In this document: positions 59,215 through 64,000 of the stretch, piece after piece
How positions within the stretch are numbered: the first letter of the stretch is position 1
Layout of the letters: every line of letters begins with the position of its first letter
DNA from: an uncultured Alphaproteobacteria bacterium
Lineage (GTDB): Bacteria; Pseudomonadota; Alphaproteobacteria; Acetobacterales; Acetobacteraceae
DNA: 64,000 bases
Reading direction: 5' to 3'
Assembly: GCA_963777325.1 (NCBI GenBank)
Contig: CAVZQE010000007.1
Coordinates: forward strand, 4,536-68,535
Translations under genes and position numbers: made by a program
The notes under the pieces: generated by a model
What the model saw: only the letters and a program-made list of their open reading frames with translations
Told to the model about the DNA's origin: nothing
The model's database searches: none

Positions 59215-60032
59215 TGGACAAAACCCTGGGGAGGTGGGCGGGACCGCCGGCAATAGGACGCTTGCGACAAAGCGAGCCGGCGAATGGTAGCGAGCATCGC
59301 GCCGTCGGGAAGTGCTTGCTGTATGAGCATATCGGGCCGACAGTCGGCTGTTTTTGAGCCGGTTGATGAATGCTCGATCCGTTGCGCAGGGCGTAGACGG
59401 CGCGGTTGACGCGAATGCTGGACATGACGGTTCCTCTTGGTGGGGATCTCTGGCGTGCCGCCGAAGGCGCGAACTTCGTCGCGGATGGTATCGCTGTCAT
59501 AGCCCCGGTCGCGAGGTGCACCTCGGGATCGGCGTTGTGCTCGGCCATCAAGTCGCTGAACGCGGTGCCGTCGTGAGCCTCTACCGCCGTCAGCAAGAGA
59601 GCGACCGGAAGACCCTCAGCGTTGGTTCGAAGGTGGATTTTGGTCGAGAACCCGCCGCGCGAGCGGCCAAGAGCTTGGTTATGAGTCCCCCACTTGCGCC
59701 GGCGGCACAGTGGTGTGCCCGGACGATCGTGCTGTCGACCATCTGCAGCGCGTTCTGCCGCCGCCTTCGGCAAGACCGGAGAGCATCAGATCCCATAGCC
59801 CGCTGGCCGTCCATGCGGCGGAACTGCCGATGGACCGAGTCCAGTTCCCCAGCTCGGCCTGCAGGTCACGCCACGGCGCGCCAGTCCGGGCAATCCGAAG
59901 ATCGCGTCCACGCGCCGGCGGTCCGGGCGGACGCCCGGCATGCGGGCGCCCGTGACAAATGGCTGGAAAGGCGCCCACTCTTAGTCGGTTAGAAGGCCTC
60001 GACCACGCGCTGCCCGCCCGCATGAAGATCAG
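59215..60032 (-). mobile_element. IS5-family (DDE_Tnp_1 type) transposase remnant with frameshifts, an in-frame stop and no 3' end
   Basis: Pieces lie in several frames: LLTD*EWAPFQPF..ARTGAPWRDLQAELGNW, DALQMVDSTIVRAHHCAAGA, NQALGRSRGGFSTKIHLRTNAEGLPVALLLT..EAHD, LADRGYDSDTIRDEVRAFGGTPEIPTKRNR and RNRIEHFINRLKNSR. Confidence 0.85.
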
Positions 60033-60217
60033 CTGAACACGCCGCATCGCGTCGGGGGATCGCGCATCTGCGTTTTCGCAGCTACGATGTTGGGGCATCT
60101 GGGATGATTTTAGAACTCGGCTAGAAGAGCGATGCAATCTGAGCGTCGGAAAAGGCGTCCATGCCCCCAGGAGTCGGCCTGTTTCAAACCTAGTCAGTCA
60201 GTAATGCGCCGGCGTTC

Positions 60218-61356
60218 CTACGGCCTGGCGAGTCCGGTGACAGCCTCGCGCGCCGGGCTGAACGGCAGGCCGAGATCGTGCGCGACCGCCTCGTAAGTGA
60301 CGCGCCCGGCATGCACGTTGAGGCCGTGCAGCAGATGCGGATCGTCGGCCAGCGCCCGCCGCCAGCCCTTCGTCGGCGAGCGCCTGCACGAACGGCAGGG
60401 TCGCGTTGGTCAGCGCGACCGTCGAGGTGCGCGCGACCGCGCCCGGCATGTTGGTCACGCAGTAATGCACGATCCCCTCCTCCACATAGGTCGGATCGGA
60501 ATGCGTGGTCGGGCGGCTGGTCTCGAAGCAGCCGCCCTGGTCGATCGCGATATCCACCAGCACCGAGCCGGGCCGCATCCGGCGCACCATCTCCCGGCTC
60601 ACGAGCTTGGGCGCGGCCGCGCCGGGCACCAGCACGGCGCCGATGACGAGATCGGCCGCGAGCACTTCCGTCTCGATCGCCTCGGCGGTCGCGAACAGCG
60701 TGCGTCGCCCGCGCCCCGAACTGCAGGTCCAGCTCCTTAAGCCGGGGCAGCGAGCGGTCGATGATGGCGACGCTCGCCTCCAGGCCGACCGCCATGCGCG
60801 CGGCGTTGGTGCCCGACACGCCGCCGCCGAGCACCACGACCCGCGCCAGGCGCGACGCCCGGCACGCCGCCGAGCAGGATGCCGGAGCCGCCCTGTTCCT
60901 TCTCCAGGCAGTGGGCGCCGACCTGGACCGCCATGCGTCCGGCGACCTCGCTCATCGGCGACAGCAGCGGCAGCGCGCCGCGCGCATCGGTGACCGTCTC
61001 GTAGGCGATGCAGACGGCGCCGGATCGCATCAGCGCCTCCGCCTGCGCCGCGGTCGGCGGCGAGGTGCAGGTAGGTGAACAGCACCTGGCCCTCCCGCAG
61101 CCGCGCAATCTCGGCGGGCTGCGGCTCCTTCACCTTCACGATCATGTCGGCGCGACGCGAACACCGCGGCCGGCGTCGTCCAGCCACGGCCGCGCCGGCG
61201 GCGCGATAGGCCTCGTCCGGAAACCCGATGCCCGCGCCCGCCGCCGTGCTCGACCAGCACCGCATGCCCGGCCTGGGCCAGATCCCGGACGCCCGCCGGC
61301 GTCAGGCCGACGCGGTATTCGTGGGTCTTGATCTCCTTCGGTACGCCGATCTTCAT
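60218..61356 (-). pseudogene. ald: Alanine dehydrogenase spread over at least five frame changes
   Basis: The pieces are [23 protein letters not shown].. | [11 protein letters not shown].. | [18 protein letters not shown] | [22 protein letters not shown] | [12 protein letters not shown] | [42 protein letters not shown] | [23 protein letters not shown].. Confidence 0.9.
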
Positions 61357-61389
61357 CCCTGAGCCTCCGTCATCGCCGACCCGGCTTGC

Positions 61390-61800
61390 TCAAGAGGCGC
61401 GTTCCGGGCTGGTATCCGGCGCCACGTCGCCCGGCGGCTCATCCTCCCTCTCCGGCAGGATATCGGCCTTCAGCGGGAGAACCGCGCCCATCCACAGCGC
61501 GTGCTTGAGATGATCGTCGCGCGGGCGGCCGGTGTTGGGGTGGACGAACACCACCAGGCCCTGACGGTTCAGCATCAGCCAGGGCACCAGGGCCGCGAAC
61601 GCCGCAGCATCGAAGGCGACCTGAAACATCGCGCGGGCGTGCGGTCCGACAGGCCGGTCGTGCCAGCGACCGAGCCGGGCTGGAAACCGCTTCTCGATCC
61701 CGGCCCGCACGCGCTCTGCGCGGTCGCGGGTGGCGGAAGGGTCATAGTAGACATGCGCATGATAGGAGGCGATCACGCCCTCGCCCGTGCTCCGACTCAT
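61390..61800 (-). CDS. DOPA 4,5-dioxygenase family protein
   Basis: Contains YHAHVYYDP, RWHDRPVGPH, MFQVAF and VFVHPNTG. Confidence 0.85.
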   Translation of the reverse strand: MSRSTGEGVIASYHAHVYYDPSATRDRAERVRAGIEKRFPARLGRWHDRPVGPHARAMFQVAFDAAAFAALVPWLMLNRQGLVVFVHPNTGRPRDDHLKHALWMGAVLPLKADILPEREDEPPGDVAPDTSPERAS

Positions 61801-61941
61801 CCCGCCTCTCCTTCGGCTCGCGATGACGGAGCAAGCCTGAGCGAGATGCGGCAGATTGGCAACAACCGAAGCGTCTCGTCATTGTCTTAGCGCCCCTTCC
61901 TGATCGTTCACCAAGACCGGGGAGGAAGTTGATAGGCTTGA

Positions 61942-63084
61942 GTGAGGTTTGCCCTCATCCCGACGGTTCGCGCCGTGTCTCTTCTGCTTTCGCGGTTCCT
62001 GCGCGCAGGCCTTTGTCTTGTGCTGGTCGCCCTCGTGTCGGCCTGCGCTTCGCATTCCGGCTATCGCACGAGCCGGTACCACCGGCCGCCCGGGCCGCCG
62101 GACGATCCCTGGGGTCCGTATATCCGCGAGGCCTCGCTGCGCTTTCAGGTGCCGGATTCCTGGATACGCGCCGTCATGCGCCAGGAATTCGGCGGCCGCC
62201 AATACGGCACCGACGGCGGCCTGACGACGTCGTCCGCGGGCGCCGTGGGTCTGATGCAAGTGATGCCCGAGACCTACGAAGGCTTGCGGGCGCGCTACAC
62301 GCTCGGCGACGACCCGTACGATCCGCACAACAACATCCTCGCCGGCAGCGCCTACATCCGCGAGATGTATGACCGTTATGGCTCCCCCGGCTTTCTCGCC
62401 GCCTACAATGCCGGGCCGAACCGCCTCGACCGGTACCTGTTCGGCAGCACCCAATTGCCCGACGAGACGGTGAACTATGTCGCCTCGATCGCGCCCAGGC
62501 TCGGCAACACGGTCGCCATGAGCGGCCCGCTCTCGGTCTATGCCGACCCCGGCGCCGGCCGCGACTTCGCGCCGGTGCAAGCCGCCTCCCTACCCGCCCC
62601 CGGAGCGGCGCGCGCTGACCCGCCGCCGCGGGCGCTTGACCAATCCGGGCCGGCCGTGATCGCTATGGCGCCGATCGCCTCGCCGGGTGATGAGGGCTAC
62701 GCGCCTTCGCCCGAAACGGCAGCCTACAGACCGGCGCCGCTGTCGCGCCCCTCGCCGCCCGCGCCCGGTTTCCGGTTCGTCGCCTCCGCCCCGCCCGTGG
62801 CGCCCTTCCATCCGGCGGGATCTCCGGGCGGCTGGGCGATCCAGGTCGGCGCGTATGCCGATCCGGGCCAGGCGCGCATCGCGGCCGACCTGGCCCGCGT
62901 CCAGACCGGCGTGCTGACCCTACCCGCGCAATCGACGGTGGGCCAGACGACGCGCCCGGACGGCAGCGTGCTCTACCGCGCGCGTGTGACGGGGCTGTCG
63001 GGCGCGTCCGCCGAGGATGCGTGCCGCAGGCTGCGGGCGAACGGCCGGGACTGCATCCTGGTGCCGCCGCAAGGCATATCCTAA
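61942..63084 (+). CDS. Lytic transglycosylase (SLT domain) lipoprotein with a C-terminal SPOR domain
   Basis: Lipobox LVSAC. Contains GAVGLMQVMPETY and AYNAGPNRL. The C-terminal region WAIQVGAYADPGQA..YRARVTGL is SPOR-like. Confidence 0.88.
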   Translation: MRFALIPTVRAVSLLLSRFLRAGLCLVLVALVSACASHSGYRTSRYHRPPGPPDDPWGPYIREASLRFQVPDSWIRAVMRQEFGGRQYGTDGGLTTSSAGAVGLMQVMPETYEGLRARYTLGDDPYDPHNNILAGSAYIREMYDRYGSPGFLAAYNAGPNRLDRYLFGSTQLPDETVNYVASIAPRLGNTVAMSGPLSVYADPGAGRDFAPVQAASLPAPGAARADPPPRALDQSGPAVIAMAPIASPGDEGYAPSPETAAYRPAPLSRPSPPAPGFRFVASAPPVAPFHPAGSPGGWAIQVGAYADPGQARIAADLARVQTGVLTLPAQSTVGQTTRPDGSVLYRARVTGLSGASAEDACRRLRANGRDCILVPPQGIS

Positions 63085-63197
63085 CGACACTTTAAGAAAC
63101 ACAGTCGCCCTGGAATCGCCCCGAGCGCACCATCTATATGTCTGGATGGTGACGGTATGGTCAGCCGCGCGCACGGCTGCGGAACTGGAGGTTTTCC

Positions 63198-63827
63198 ATG
63201 ATGCGGGTCGCGTCTTTCGCCGCCCTCGCGGGCGTGACCGGGCTGGGCGCCTGCGCGCCGACGTTGCCGCAAGGCCCGAGCGTGCTGGCGCTCCCGGCCC
63301 AGGGCAAGAGTTTCGCGGCGTTCCAGCAGGACGACGCCACGTGCCGCTACTACGGCAGCCAGCAGACCGGCTTTGTCAATCCGAGCCAGGCCGCGACCCA
63401 GAGCGGCGTCGGCAGCGCCGCCATCGGCACCCTGGCGGGAGCGGCGGCGGGCGCCCTGCTCGGCGCGGCCGCGGGTAACCCGGGCGTCGGCGCCGGGATC
63501 GGCGCGGGCAGCGGCTTGCTGCTCGGCAGCGCCGTCGGCGCGAACAACGCCAACGCGACCTCGGCGTCGCTGCAGCAGCGCTACGACATCGCCTATACGC
63601 AGTGCATGTATTCGAAGGGCAACTCCGTGCAGGCCGGCGGCCCGCTCAGCGGCCCCGCCGTCCTCCCGGCCTACGGCTACGGTTACGGCTATCCCTATTA
63701 CGGCGGCACGACGATCGCCCTCGGTTTCGGCGGCGGCTATTACGGCGGCGGCTGGGGACGCGGTTGGGGCGGCTGGCGCGGCGGCTACGGCGGCTGGCAC
63801 GGTGGCTACGGCGGCTGGCATCGCTAA
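63198..63827 (+). CDS. Glycine-zipper lipoprotein with a Gly/Tyr/Trp-rich repetitive tail
   Basis: Lipobox GLGAC. Contains GSAAIGTLAGAAAGALLGAAAGNPGVGAGIGAGSGLLLGSAVG. The tail reads GGGYYGGGWGRGWGGWRGGYGGWHGGYGGWHR. Confidence 0.8.
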   Translation: MMRVASFAALAGVTGLGACAPTLPQGPSVLALPAQGKSFAAFQQDDATCRYYGSQQTGFVNPSQAATQSGVGSAAIGTLAGAAAGALLGAAAGNPGVGAGIGAGSGLLLGSAVGANNANATSASLQQRYDIAYTQCMYSKGNSVQAGGPLSGPAVLPAYGYGYGYPYYGGTTIALGFGGGYYGGGWGRGWGGWRGGYGGWHGGYGGWHR

Positions 63828-63841
63828 GGGAAAGCGCAAGG

Positions 63842-64000
63842 CCTACTCGGCGCACCAGCCGCCATCGACCAGCAGACTCTGCCCGGTGACGTAGGCGGCG
63901 GCGTCGGAGGCAAGGAATACGGCGACGCCCGCGATGTCGTCCATGCCGCCGAACCGGCGCATTGGCGTGCGGTCGAGCAGCGCCGAGGACAGGCTGGCGT
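63842..64000 (-). CDS. SDR-family oxidoreductase, 3' end only
   Basis: The reverse translation ends ..[39 protein letters not shown]. Confidence 0.8.

Noticed and set aside
59336-59355. Hairpin gccgacagtcggc followed by tgttttt as a terminator for the GT4 gene
   Set aside because: The loop is too small for a stable terminator hairpin. The site also lies inside the transposase relic's coding sequence (..RLKNSRLS..), so it is probably fortuitous.

Overview
This is a segment of a high-GC (about 70%) alphaproteobacterial chromosome. All protein calls come from motifs read in the supplied translations and from memory; no searches were run. Most of the window is housekeeping and metabolic: gltD-gltB, a GST, rpmH-rnpA-yidD-yidC-engB-argB, cysE, prpE, LPS-type glycosyltransferases, thrS-infC, an NdvA/ChvA-like ABC exporter, a ClC channel, puuD, uppP, an SsuABC-like importer, pirin/VOC/GMC/enolase-family enzymes, an S49 peptidase with an amine oxidase, CYTH-CHAD, a P450, ald, and a lytic transglycosylase. 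I saw no rRNA, tRNA, CRISPR array or recognisable defence system.

Four things stand out:
1. A roughly 4.0-kb insertion at 36258-40285, even more GC-rich than its surroundings, lies between puuD and a secreted-protein gene. It is bounded by ~50-bp direct repeats. Joining its ends would rebuild an intact wHTH gene translationally coupled to the next ORF. It carries only small unknown ORFs and has no visible recombinase.
2. Inside that insertion is a ~0.9-kb tract of about 84% GC with no credible coding frame and G-quadruplex-type C/G-tract repeats.
3. Two diverged copies of a ~300-350-nt noncoding element each follow a relic of a histidine-kinase 3' end. Together they bracket an MFS sugar transporter gene.
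4. There are at least 20 apparent single-base frameshifts, clustered at 22-30 kb and in ald, and they hit the essential genes thrS and infC. This pattern fits consensus insertion errors better than real gene decay.

The window also contains an IS5-family transposase remnant and a low-GC TehA/SLAC1-like transporter gene.
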